Below, piece after piece: positions 10,418 through 20,929 of a DNA stretch of 64,000 nt. The notes below the pieces were generated by a model. That model was not told the DNA's origin. It searched no databases and worked only from the letters and a program-made list of their open reading frames with translations. A program made the translations under genes and the position numbers. This DNA is from Mobula hypostoma (Eukaryota): assembly GCF_963921235.1 (NCBI RefSeq), contig NC_086097.1, positions 45,014,001 through 45,078,000 on the forward strand, given 5' to 3'. Positions within the stretch are counted from its first letter, which is position 1; every line of letters starts with the position of its first letter.

Positions 10418-13032
10418 GGAGCAGGAGTAGGCCATCTGGCCCGTTGAGCCTGCTCCACCATTCAATAAGATCATGGCTGATCTGGCCATGGACTCGTCTT
10501 CATCTACTTGCCTTTCCCCCATAACCCTTATTTCCTCTAATATGCAAAAATTTATCTAATCTTGTCTTAAATATATTTACTGAGGTAGTCTTCACTGCTT
10601 CATTGGGCAAAGAATTCCACAGATTCACCAACTCTGGGAAAAGCAGTTCCTTCTCATCTCCAACCTAAATCTACTCCCCCAAATCTTGAGGCTATGTTCC
10701 CTAGTTCTAGTCTCACCTATCAGTGGCAACAACTTTCCTGCCTCTATCTTATCTATCCCTTTCATAATTTTATATATTTTTATAAGATATCCTCTCATTC
10801 TTCTGAATTCCAGCAAGTACAGTCCTAGGTGACTCAATCTCTCCTCATAGTCTAAGCCCCTCATCTCTGGAATCAACCTGGTGAATTTCCTCTGCACTGC
10901 CTCCGAAGCCAGTATATCCTTCCTCAAGTAAGGAGACCAGAACTGCTCACAGCACTCCAGGTGCAGCCTCACCAGTATCCTGTGCAGTTGCAGCATAATC
11001 TCCCTGCTCTAAAATTCAATCCCTCTCGCAATAAAGGCCAGTGTCCCATTTGCCTTCCTGATAGCTTGCTGCACTTGCAAAACAAACTTTTGTGATTCAT
11101 GCAGAAGCACTCCCAAGTCCCTCTGCACAACAGCATGCTGCAATTTTTACCATTTAAATAATAATCTGCTCTTTCATTCTTCCTTCCAAAGTGGATGACC
11201 TCACATTTACCAACATTGCATTCCATCTGCCAGACCCTTGCCCACTCACCTAACCTATCTATATCTCTCTGCAAACTCTCCGTATTTTCTGCACAATTTG
11301 CTTTTTCACTCAAATTAGTATCAGCAAACTTAGATACATTATATTTGGTCCTGCCTTCCAGATCGTTAATGTATAACGTGAACAGCTGTGGGACCAGCAC
11401 CGGCCTCTGTGGCACACCACTCACCACTGATTGACAACCAGAGTAACACCCATGTATCCCAACTCTCTGCTTTCTATTAGTTAACCAATCCTCAATATAT
11501 CACCCCCAACTCTATGCATCCATATCTTATGGATATGTCTTTTATGTGGCACCTTATCAAATGCCTCTGGAAATCCAAATAAATAATGTCCATCTGTTCC
11601 CCCCTATCCACTGTGCTTGTGATATCCTCAAAGAACTCTGGTAGGTTTGTCAAACAGAACCTGCCTTTGCTGAATCCATGCTGTATCTGCCTGATGGATC
11701 CATTTCTTTCCAGATGCCTCACTATTTCTTCTTTAATGATAGCTTCAAGCATTTTCCCAACTACAGATGTTACACCAACTGGCCTATAGTTACCTGCCTT
11801 TTGCCTACAACCTTTTTTGAACAGTGGTGTGGCATTTACCGTCTTCTAATATGCTGGGACCTGCCCTGAGTCCAGAGAATTTTGGTAAATTATCACTAAA
11901 GCCTTTACTATAACTTCTACCATTTCCATCAGGACCAACCAGGGGATTCATCTATTTTTAGGCTCTCAAGTTTGCTCAGCACTACCTCTTTCGTGATAGC
12001 TATTGTATCAAGGTCCTCACCTCTCATCGCATCCATAGCATCTCTTTGGCAAGTTAGAAGTGCGCTCCACCGTGAAGACAGACACAAAATAGTAATTCAA
12101 AGCCTCGGCCATTTCCTCACTACCCAATATCAATTCCCCCTTCTCATCCTCCAAGGGACCTACGTTACCTTTAGCCACCTTTCTCCAATTTATAAAATTA
12201 TAAAAACTTTCACTATCCATTTTTATATTTTGTGCTAGTTATTTTCGTAATCTAGCCTCCCTTTCTTTATTGCTTGCTTAGTGGTCCTTTGTTGCTTTTT
12301 AAAGTATTCCCAATCTTCCAGTTTCCCATTACTCTTGGCACTTTGTACGCACAAGGTTTTAGTTTGATGCCTTCTTTATTTCCATAGTTATCCAAGGCTG
12401 GCTCTCTTCACCCTTACTGTCCTTGCTTTTAACTGGAATAACTTTTGTTGAGCACTATGAAAAGTCTCTTTCAATGTCTTCCACTGTTCCTCAGCTGTCC
12501 CACCACATAGCTTGTGTTCCCAGTCTACACTAGCCAAATTCTCCTTCATCCCATTGTAGTCTCCATTATTTAGGCATAATATATTGGTCTTAGATTGAAC
12601 TACTGTGCCCTCCATTTGTATAAGAAACTCAATCATACTGTGATCACCCTTTCCAAGAGGACCCTAACTATAAGATTATTAATTTTACCTGCCTCATTGC
12701 ACAGGATCAGATCTACGACAGCATATTCCCTTGTAGGTTCAGTAATGTGCTGTTCGTAAAAGCCATCATGGGATGCAATCTATGAAGTCCTTCTCAGGAC
12801 TGCCTCGACCAATTTGATTCACCCCACCTATGTGCAAGTTAAGGTCCCCCATGGTAATTGCTGTTCCATTCTTACATGCCTCAGATATTTCTCTGTTTAT
12901 TGCCTGTGCCACTGTAATGTTATTATTCAGTGGTCATAGACAACTCCCACCAATGATTTTTCCCCTTTACTATTCCTAAACCTCTACCTAGATGGATCAA
13001 CATTCTGCTTCTTAGATATTATATCATCTTTC
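10418..13032 (-). mobile_element. CR1 LINE ORF2 and 3' end (3' half of a near-full-length copy split by the L1 insertion)
   Basis: Frameshifted RT ORFs 10625-10996, 10969-11427 (GVPQ..SKFAD), 11492-11752, 12017-12220 and 12388-12636. CR1 3' stem-loop tail at ~10418-10460. Confidence 0.9.
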
Positions 13033-16000
13033 GAATAAAAGGTCCCCAAATCTGTTCAAATTTAAATGAAGAGTCATAAAGGTTACTTCTAATTTTCTCC
13101 AGATTCAAACATAAAATCGTCTGAGAGAACCAAAAAAAAAAGGTAGTTGGAGCATTAAGCTCTTTCCAATGTTGTAAAATACATCTTTTCGCCATTAAAG
13201 TAAGAAATGCGATCATTCTACGGGCTGAAGGGGAAAGATTACTAGAAATTTTGGGTAGTCCAAAGATAGCAGTAATAGGGTGAGGAGAGATATCTATATT
13301 TAATACCTTAGAAATAATATTAAAAATATCTCTCCAAAAAGTTTCCAAAGTAGGACAAGACCAAAACATATGAGTTAAAGAGGCTATCTGCCAAGAACAT
13401 CTATCACAAAAAGGATTAATATGTGAGTAAAAACGCGCTAACTTATCTTTGGACATATGTGCTCTATGAACCACTTTAAATTGAATTAGGGAATGTTTAG
13501 CACAAATAGAGGAAGTATTAACTAATTGTAAAATCTGCCCCCAATCATCCACAGAAATGGTAAGCCCCAATTCCTGTTCCCAATCTACCCTAATCTTATC
13601 AAATGGAGCTTTCCTAAGTTTCATAATAATATTATAAATCATAGCCGATGCACCTTTCTGACATGGATTGAGGTTAATTATCGAATCTAAAATATATGTA
13701 GGAGGAAGCATTGGAAAGGAAGAAAGTATAGTACTTAGAAAATTTCTAACTTGTAAATATCTAAAAAAATGTATTCTTGATAAATTATATTTATTAGATA
13801 ATTGTTCAAAAGACATAAGGGAACCATCTAAAAATAAATCCAAAAACCGTAAAATACCCTTAGTCTTCCAGGTTTGAAAAGCGCGATCCGTAAAAGAGGG
13901 AGGAAAAAATATGTTACCTAAAATAGGAATCGCTAACCCGAATTGATTAAGATCAAAAAATTTTCTGAATTGAAACCAAATGCGCAAAGCATATTTAACT
14001 ATCGGGTTAAAGACCTGCTTAAGGCGTTTCGAATCAAAAGGGAGAGAGGAACCTAAAATAGAGCCAAGTGTATAACCCTGAACAGATTGTAGTTCCAATG
14101 CTACCCATTTAGGAATAGATAGTATATCCTGATCAAGTAACCAAAATTTCATATGTCGAATATTAATAGCCCAATAATAGAATCTAAAGTTAGGTAATGC
14201 TAAACCTCCATCTCTCTTAGCTTTCTGTAAATGTATTTTACCCAGTCTCGGATTCTTATTCTGCCAAATAAATGAAGAAATTTTAGAGTCAACTTTATCA
14301 AAGAAAGATTTTGGAACAAAAATTGGTAATGCCTGAAACACATATAAAAATTTTGGCAAAAAAAACATCTTAACTGCATTAATACGACCAATCAAAGTTA
14401 AATATAAGGGAAACCATTTAGATGAAAGTTGAGTAATATGGTCTATTAATGGTAAAAAGTTAATCTTAAATAAATCTTTATATTTACAAGTAATTTTAAT
14501 CCCAAGATAAGAAAAATAATTATCAATCAATTTAAATGGAAATTTATAATATAAGGGAAGATGTTTATTAATCGGAAAGAGTTCACTCTTACTAAGATTT
14601 AATTTATAACCTGAAAAAAAACCAAATTGTGCTAATAACTCTAAAACAGCAGGAATGGATTTCTCAGGATTAGAAATATATAACAGTAAATCATCAGCAT
14701 AGAGTGATAATTTATGGGACTTTAATCCCCGAGTTATCCCAGTAATATTTGAAGATTCTCGAATGGCAATTGCAAGAGGTTCTAATGCAATATCAAATAA
14801 TAGGGGACTAAGAGGACAGCCTTGTTGAGTACCTCGAAAGAGAAGAAAAAAAGGTGAGTTTAAAGAGTTAGTACGGACCGAGGCTACAGGGGAATGATAT
14901 AACAGTTTAATCCAGGATATAAATTTCAAGCTAAAATTAAACATTTCAAGCACCTTAAATAAATAGGGCCATTCTACTCTATCAAAAGCTTTCTCGGCGT
15001 CTAAAGAAATAACACACTCAGGAACATTTTGTGAGGGAGTATAAACAATATTTAACAATGTACGAATATTATAAAAAGAGTAACGACCTTTAATAAAACC
15101 CGTTTGGTCTTCCGAAATAATAGAAGGAAGCACTTTTTCTAGTCTATTTGCTAATAACTTAGAAAAAACTTTAGAATCAACATTTAATAAAGATATTGGT
15201 CTATAAGATGCACATTGAGCAGGATCTTTATCCTTCTTTAGTATTAAAGAAATTGACGCTCTATTAAAAGATTCAGGAAGTTTACCAAGTTTCAGAGAAG
15301 CCTCAAAGACCCTACAGAGCCAAGGGATCAATAAAGAAGCAAAACATTTATAAAATTCAACGGTAAACCCATCCGGGCCAGGAGCTTTCCCCAGATTCAT
15401 AGAAAAAATAACATTCTTAATCTCATCCATAGTAATGGAAGTATCTAATATAGAAGACATGTCCTGTGAAATCTTAGGGAAGTCTAACTTATCTAAAAAA
15501 TCATTCATATATTTAGAATCTCGAGGAGACTCTGATTGATATAAAGAAGAATAAAAATCACAAAAGGTTTGATTAATCCCCACATGATCCAGTATCAATC
15601 GATCATTTTGGTTATAAATCTGATTGATTTGAGATTTAACATAATTAGATTTCAATTGATTAGCCAGCAGCTTGCCAATTTTGTCACTGTGAACATAAAA
15701 TTCACTTCTTGTTTTCTTTAATTGGTTTACAATCGAGGACGAGAGTAATAAACTGTGTTCCATTTGAAGTTCAGTTCTTTGTTTGTATAACTCCTCAGAA
15801 GGAGCCATAACATATTTCTTATCAATTTCTTTAATCTTGTCCACAATTGCCATCTCCTCCTGCTTCTGTTTCTTCCTCAAAGCAGCAGAATACGAAATAA
15901 TCTGACCACGAATATAGGCTTTAAAAGTGTCCCAGAGAGTGTTAACCAAAATATCCTCTGTATGATTAATTGTAAAAAAAAGCTCAATCTGTTCATTCAT

Positions 16001-16792
16001 AAAGTTAACAAAGTCCGAGTCCTGAAGCAACAGCGAATTAAAACGCCATTGTCTATTATTTTGTATATTGGCCATAATTTTAATAGAAAGCTTAAGTGGA
16101 GCATGATCCAAAATGGTTATAGAATCATAATCACATTTAATCACTGAAGGAATAAGACGAGAATCAATAAAAAAATAATCAATTCTTGAATAGGAATGAT
16201 GAACATGTGAAAAGAAGGAAAAATCTTTTTCCTGAGGATGCAGAAAACGCCAAATGTCCGTCGACCCAGAATCAGAAAGGAAAAAGTTAATCAAAGTTGC
16301 AGATTTATTAAGTAAGGTCCGTAAAGGAGCCGAACGGTCCAAAGCCGGAGACAAACAGGTATTAAGATCTCCGCCCCAGATCAATGAAAACTCGTTCAAA
16401 TTCGGAAACTGATTAAACAATGATTTATAAAATTCCGGACAATCCATATTAGGAGCATAAACATTAACCAAAACTACTTTTTTATTAAATAGTAAACCAT
16501 TAACCAATAAAAATCTACCATTCGGATCAGAAATAATATCCTGTTGTATAAAAGTAACTGAGGAATCTATAAAAATAGAGACGCCTCGAATCTTAGCATT
16601 GGAGTTCGAATGAAATTGTTGTCCCTTCCAGAATTTAAAAAAACGTAGTCTGTCCCCCCTCCGTACATGGGTCTCTTGTAAAAATAAAATTTGTGCTTTA
16701 AGTCTCCGGAACACTTTAAAAACTTTTTTCCTTTTAATAGGATGATTAAGACCGTTAGTATTCCAGGAGACAAAATTAATAATAGACTCCAT
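13019..16792 (-). CDS. L1 ORF2 protein (APE endonuclease, reverse transcriptase, Cys-rich C-terminus), uninterrupted
   Basis: Open frame from the ATG at 16792. Motifs SWNTNG, FLQETH, GGDLN, SRIDYF, LDH (EN); LDAEKAFD, QGCPLSP, YADD (RT); CDRC..THMFWSC. The last three codons and the stop come from target DNA. Confidence 0.92.
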   Translation of the reverse strand: MESIINFVSWNTNGLNHPIKRKKVFKVFRRLKAQILFLQETHVRRGDRLRFFKFWKGQQFHSNSNAKIRGVSIFIDSSVTFIQQDIISDPNGRFLLVNGLLFNKKVVLVNVYAPNMDCPEFYKSLFNQFPNLNEFSLIWGGDLNTCLSPALDRSAPLRTLLNKSATLINFFLSDSGSTDIWRFLHPQEKDFSFFSHVHHSYSRIDYFFIDSRLIPSVIKCDYDSITILDHAPLKLSIKIMANIQNNRQWRFNSLLLQDSDFVNFMNEQIELFFTINHTEDILVNTLWDTFKAYIRGQIISYSAALRKKQKQEEMAIVDKIKEIDKKYVMAPSEELYKQRTELQMEHSLLLSSSIVNQLKKTRSEFYVHSDKIGKLLANQLKSNYVKSQINQIYNQNDRLILDHVGINQTFCDFYSSLYQSESPRDSKYMNDFLDKLDFPKISQDMSSILDTSITMDEIKNVIFSMNLGKAPGPDGFTVEFYKCFASLLIPWLCRVFEASLKLGKLPESFNRASISLILKKDKDPAQCASYRPISLLNVDSKVFSKLLANRLEKVLPSIISEDQTGFIKGRYSFYNIRTLLNIVYTPSQNVPECVISLDAEKAFDRVEWPYLFKVLEMFNFSLKFISWIKLLYHSPVASVRTNSLNSPFFLLFRGTQQGCPLSPLLFDIALEPLAIAIRESSNITGITRGLKSHKLSLYADDLLLYISNPEKSIPAVLELLAQFGFFSGYKLNLSKSELFPINKHLPLYYKFPFKLIDNYFSYLGIKITCKYKDLFKINFLPLIDHITQLSSKWFPLYLTLIGRINAVKMFFLPKFLYVFQALPIFVPKSFFDKVDSKISSFIWQNKNPRLGKIHLQKAKRDGGLALPNFRFYYWAINIRHMKFWLLDQDILSIPKWVALELQSVQGYTLGSILGSSLPFDSKRLKQVFNPIVKYALRIWFQFRKFFDLNQFGLAIPILGNIFFPPSFTDRAFQTWKTKGILRFLDLFLDGSLMSFEQLSNKYNLSRIHFFRYLQVRNFLSTILSSFPMLPPTYILDSIINLNPCQKGASAMIYNIIMKLRKAPFDKIRVDWEQELGLTISVDDWGQILQLVNTSSICAKHSLIQFKVVHRAHMSKDKLARFYSHINPFCDRCSWQIASLTHMFWSCPTLETFWRDIFNIISKVLNIDISPHPITAIFGLPKISSNLSPSARRMIAFLTLMAKRCILQHWKELNAPTTFFFWFSQTILCLNLEKIRSNLYDSSFKFEQIWGPFIRKMI

Positions 16793-17678
16793 AAATCCTA
16801 AAGTCAACCCACATCGAGGGGGATTGACGATAGGCTCGACCCACGAACCCGGAGAGGAAACAGAATATACAAAAGATACCGGGAAAAAGGACGCAACCAG
16901 TACTTCAATAATGTATATAGCCCAAAGAGAAAAAAACTAAAACGTGAAGCCCCTCCCGCCACCCTCCGCCCCAAGACCCCAAGGCAAAATCTAAAGCAGA
17001 CCCGCCGGAAAGAAGCAAGCGCTAAAACTACCCCCATGACTTCCGGTATACGCTCCCTAAAAAAAAAGGTATAAATATGAAAAAGATCAGCTAATTGTAA
17101 AACAGTAAAAAAGTAAAAAAAAGGTAACTCAATTAAAATACACACACAACAGAACAAAAGCCAGAAAATATATATTAAAAAAAACCACAATAAACCCCAA
17201 ACCCATGAATAAACAAAACAACAACAAGAAAAAATAAGATTATTAACATAAACTAGTTATAAAAAGCAAAACAAAATAAAATTAAAAAAAAACATTCTGC
17301 TTCTTTTATTCGATATTTTCATTTAATGTAATATATACCCTTCTTGTTTTTTTTCACTGTTTTTAATGGAGGTCGGGATTGAGGACGTGATTTTAAGTTT
17401 AACTCTGTTTGGTTTCAAGTTAGCCCATTGCTTTGCTTTGCTTTTAGTTAGTTGCACGGTGGGTTTTTTTTTGGGGGGGTTTTTTCTTTTTTTTCCATTG
17501 ATATATATAAAATTTAGTATACTATTATGTTATCTTGGTTCCTTATGTTTAAATTACATTGTTTGTAGTTTTTTTTGGTATTGATACCTTCTGGAATTTT
17601 ATTATATTTTAACATTGTATTAATGTTTATATGGTTTACCTTTTTGTATACTTATTCAATAAAAAGATTTAAAAAAAA
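13033..17678. mobile_element. L1-clade LINE, 5'-truncated with a 5' inversion: inverted arm 13033-17290 (-), direct arm 17303-17678 (+) with poly(A)
   Basis: 19-bp TSD AGAT(A/C)TTATATCATCTTTC at 13014-13032 and 17679-17697. AATAAA at 17658 followed by an A tail. The ORF2 C-terminus GPFIR continues as FIRYFHLM* on the + strand at 17305-17331. Confidence 0.93.
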
Positions 17679-17697
17679 AGATCTTATATCATCTTTC

Positions 17698-19060
17698 ATT
17701 ATCAACCTGATCTGATCCTTAATTAAGAGCACTACACCACCACCCTTATGTTCCTGCCTATCCTTCCGTATTACCTGATATCCTTGGATATTTAATTCTC
17801 ACTTCTCTCCACCCTGCAATCATATTTCTGTAATTGCCACTAGAATGTACCCCTTTGTACTGATTTGTGCCACAAGTTCCCTGACCTTATTCTGAATACT
17901 ATGGGCATTCAGATAAAGGGCCCTTACACTCACTGTGCCTTTAGAATCTTGTAACCTTTTTCTCTTTTGCACTTGACTTTTCTTTAATTCTTAATTTTCT
18001 CTTTTTTATCTTTTGCTTTTTCTTTATCTTTATCTACGCTTTTCTCCTTTAATTTATCCATAACTCTCCAATTGTTGAACCCACCCCCCTACTATTTAGT
18101 TTAAAGCTCTATCCATAGTCCAAGTTATGCGATTTGCTAGGATCCAGGTCCCATCACATTTCAGGTGGAGCCTATCCCATTGGTACAGCTCCCTCCTTCC
18201 CCAATATCTGTGCCAATTTCCCATGAATTCAAACCTACTTCTCCCACACCAATCCTTAAGCCACGCATTTAACTCTTTAATCTTCTTGACCCTATGACAA
18301 CTTGCACGTGGCTCAGGTAGTAATCCAGAGATTACCACATTTTTGGTTCTGCTTTTTAACTTAGTCCCTTGATGCTCAAATTCTCTCAGCAGAACCTCTT
18401 TCCTTGTTCAACCTACGTCGGTGGCACCCACATGGACCACAACAACTGGATCTTTCCCCTCCCATTTCAAATTCCTCTGCAGGTCAGATAAGATGTCCCG
18501 AACCCAGGAACCAAGCAGGCAACACAGCCTTCCGGACGCTCTATCCTCACGACAGAGAACTCTGTCTATTCCTCTGACTATACTATCCCTAATTACCACA
18601 ACATTTCTCTTCCCTCCCCCCTCTTGAATGGCTCTCTGAACCGCAGTGCCGCAGTTAGGTTGCTCATCCTTCCTACAGCCACCACTTTCATTCATACATG
18701 GAGCAAGAATCTCAGACCTGTTGGACAAACTCAAGGACTGAGGCTCCTCCAGCACTGTCTCTTGGATCCCACTACCTGCCTCACTCGCAGTCACACCCTC
18801 TTGTCCCTGACCACAAATCGAATTTGAGGCAGCTAATCTAATGGATGTGACTACCTCCTGAAATAGAGAATCCAGGTAACCCTCCCCCTCACTGATGTGC
18901 CACAGTGTTTGAAGCTCAGATTCCATGTCATCAACTTTGAGCCTGAGTTCCTCGAGCAGCCAAAATTTGCTGCAGATGTGGTCACCAGGACCACAATGGG
19001 GTCCACCAGCTCCCACATCATGCAGCTACAGCACATCACCTGATCCTGCATCATACCTAC
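17698..19060 (-). mobile_element. CR1 LINE 5' half (ORF1 zinc finger + esterase, ORF2 start), continuous with 10418-13032
   Basis: ORFs 18851-19132 (CCSCMMWE), 18408-19016 (DHICSK..RDSIVRG..VVHVG) and 18096-18338 (DRLHL). The sequence resumes directly after the right L1 TSD. Confidence 0.88.
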
Positions 19061-19084
19061 TTTATTTATGTTTGCAAGTAAATT

Positions 19085-19620
19085 GTCAAGATTGGAGAAC
19101 AATTCAACCCAACATCTTGGTTTAGTCAGCATGGCTTTCTGCCTGGAAGGTCAGGTCTTATAAGACTGAGTGAGATTTCTGAGGAGGTGAAGAAGATGAC
19201 TGATGAGGGTATGGCAGTGGATGGTACTTGCATGGACTTCAGTAAAGCATTTGACAAGGTTCTTCATGGTAGGCTAATGCACTGGGTGAAGACACCTGGG
19301 ATATACAGAGACTTGGCAAATTGACTTGGCCATCAAACACAGAGGGCATTATTCTGACTAGAGGTCTGTGACCATTTGTGTTCTGCTGAAACCTCGGTTG
19401 CTTTGATGGAAATGCAGGTGGGCTGATGAGAAAATTTGCAAATGACACAAAAAATTGGCAGACTGGTGATAGTGAGGAAGGATACAAAATGATATATATG
19501 AATATAGATTATTTAGAAATAGGAGTGAAGAATGGCAGATGGAGCTTAATCCAGACAGGTATGAGATGTAAAATAGGAAGGCAAGCTATACAGTAAGTGT
19601 CAGGATGCTGAGTAGCATCT
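19085..19620 (+). mobile_element. Old CR1 RT fragment, probably the continuation of a + strand fragment at ~8530-8650
   Basis: agtcagcatggcttt...catggacttcagtaaagcatttgacaagg...aaatttgcaaatgacacaaaaattgg are degraded RT motifs. Confidence 0.7.
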
Positions 19621-20929
19621 TAGATTAAAATCCTCATCCAAGTATATCTTAAATGTGATGAGTGTTTTTGATTCAACCAGAATTTCAGACAGGTTATCCC
19701 AGAATGCTATTGCTCTTTAAGAGGGAAAAATAGTCAACTCTTCTCCATTTCTTTGAGAATTAACTTAAAGCCACATTCCCTAATTAAATTCATCAACTCA
19801 TCTCCTCTACAAGCTTTCACATTCTTCCTGCAAGTGGTGATATCCTGTGTATATTACAAGATCCATAACAAGAGTCTGGAAAACCTATAGGATATTTCAC
19901 AACTCAGAAACTATCCCTCAGTATAGGGAGACTTGGATTCAACATTCAGTATGCTAACACAATCTTCAGCTGTTCATGGAAAACAATATTTGAAAACTAC
20001 GATCTCAAATATAACACTAACCCCATAGTCTACCAAGCAGCAATGATCCTGACCCTCTTATATGACTATGAAGTTCTAAACAATATATAATTGGCACTGC
20101 TGAATTACTACAAATCCTATCAGTAAAACAATCTTCAAGTCTGTGGGGAAGATAAGCAAAGTAATATCAACATCCTGCCTCAGGCTAACATCCAGCACTA
20201 AAGCATGGTAATAAGTATTCAGAAAAGCACCAAGCACTTCAAGTTTCTCTGATGAGGTATGCAAAACACAAGCCCAAAGACTGGAAAAAACATTCAGCGA
20301 CTCAAACCAATAAACTACATCTTATCATGCATCTGTCAAGATTTTGCCCCTCCTGCACAGATAAAGCTACCTTGGCGCTCGTAAAACTCAAGTGAAAACA
20401 AATTGTTGATGACCTAAGAGACCACCAAGGTAGCTCTAGCTGTGACCTAAGTGCTTTATATAGTACTGACATTTCCTCTGCACTCTTGTTTTAAGGCTTG
20501 GCCAATAAAGGCAAGCAATTATATAATGTGCCTTGCTACAATCCATGAAGGGCACATTAAATGTCAAATTTTCATTAACACTCATTACCTTCTCAAAAAA
20601 AAAAATTCACTTCAGTTAGACATGCCTTTCCTTTCATCTCCAGCATCAAGGCCATTGCAAAAGTGGATTGAATGATGATCCACTTTTTTTTCTTGAGGTT
20701 TTCCTTGCTTCTTGTAGGACCCTGGGATAAATTTTATTCACACTTGATGACTACCTACTTATAAAAATACTAGATGCTAGTACAATTGTCATTGTTTTTT
20801 ATATTCACTTCTCTATGTTTAAAATTCTCAATACCAACTCAAGGTACAGATTATTTTTCCTTGTCAGTTTCTTTAATTTGTCATACGTGGGACGAATTGA
20901 TAAAGTTACAATTCCATTCCATTACCGTT

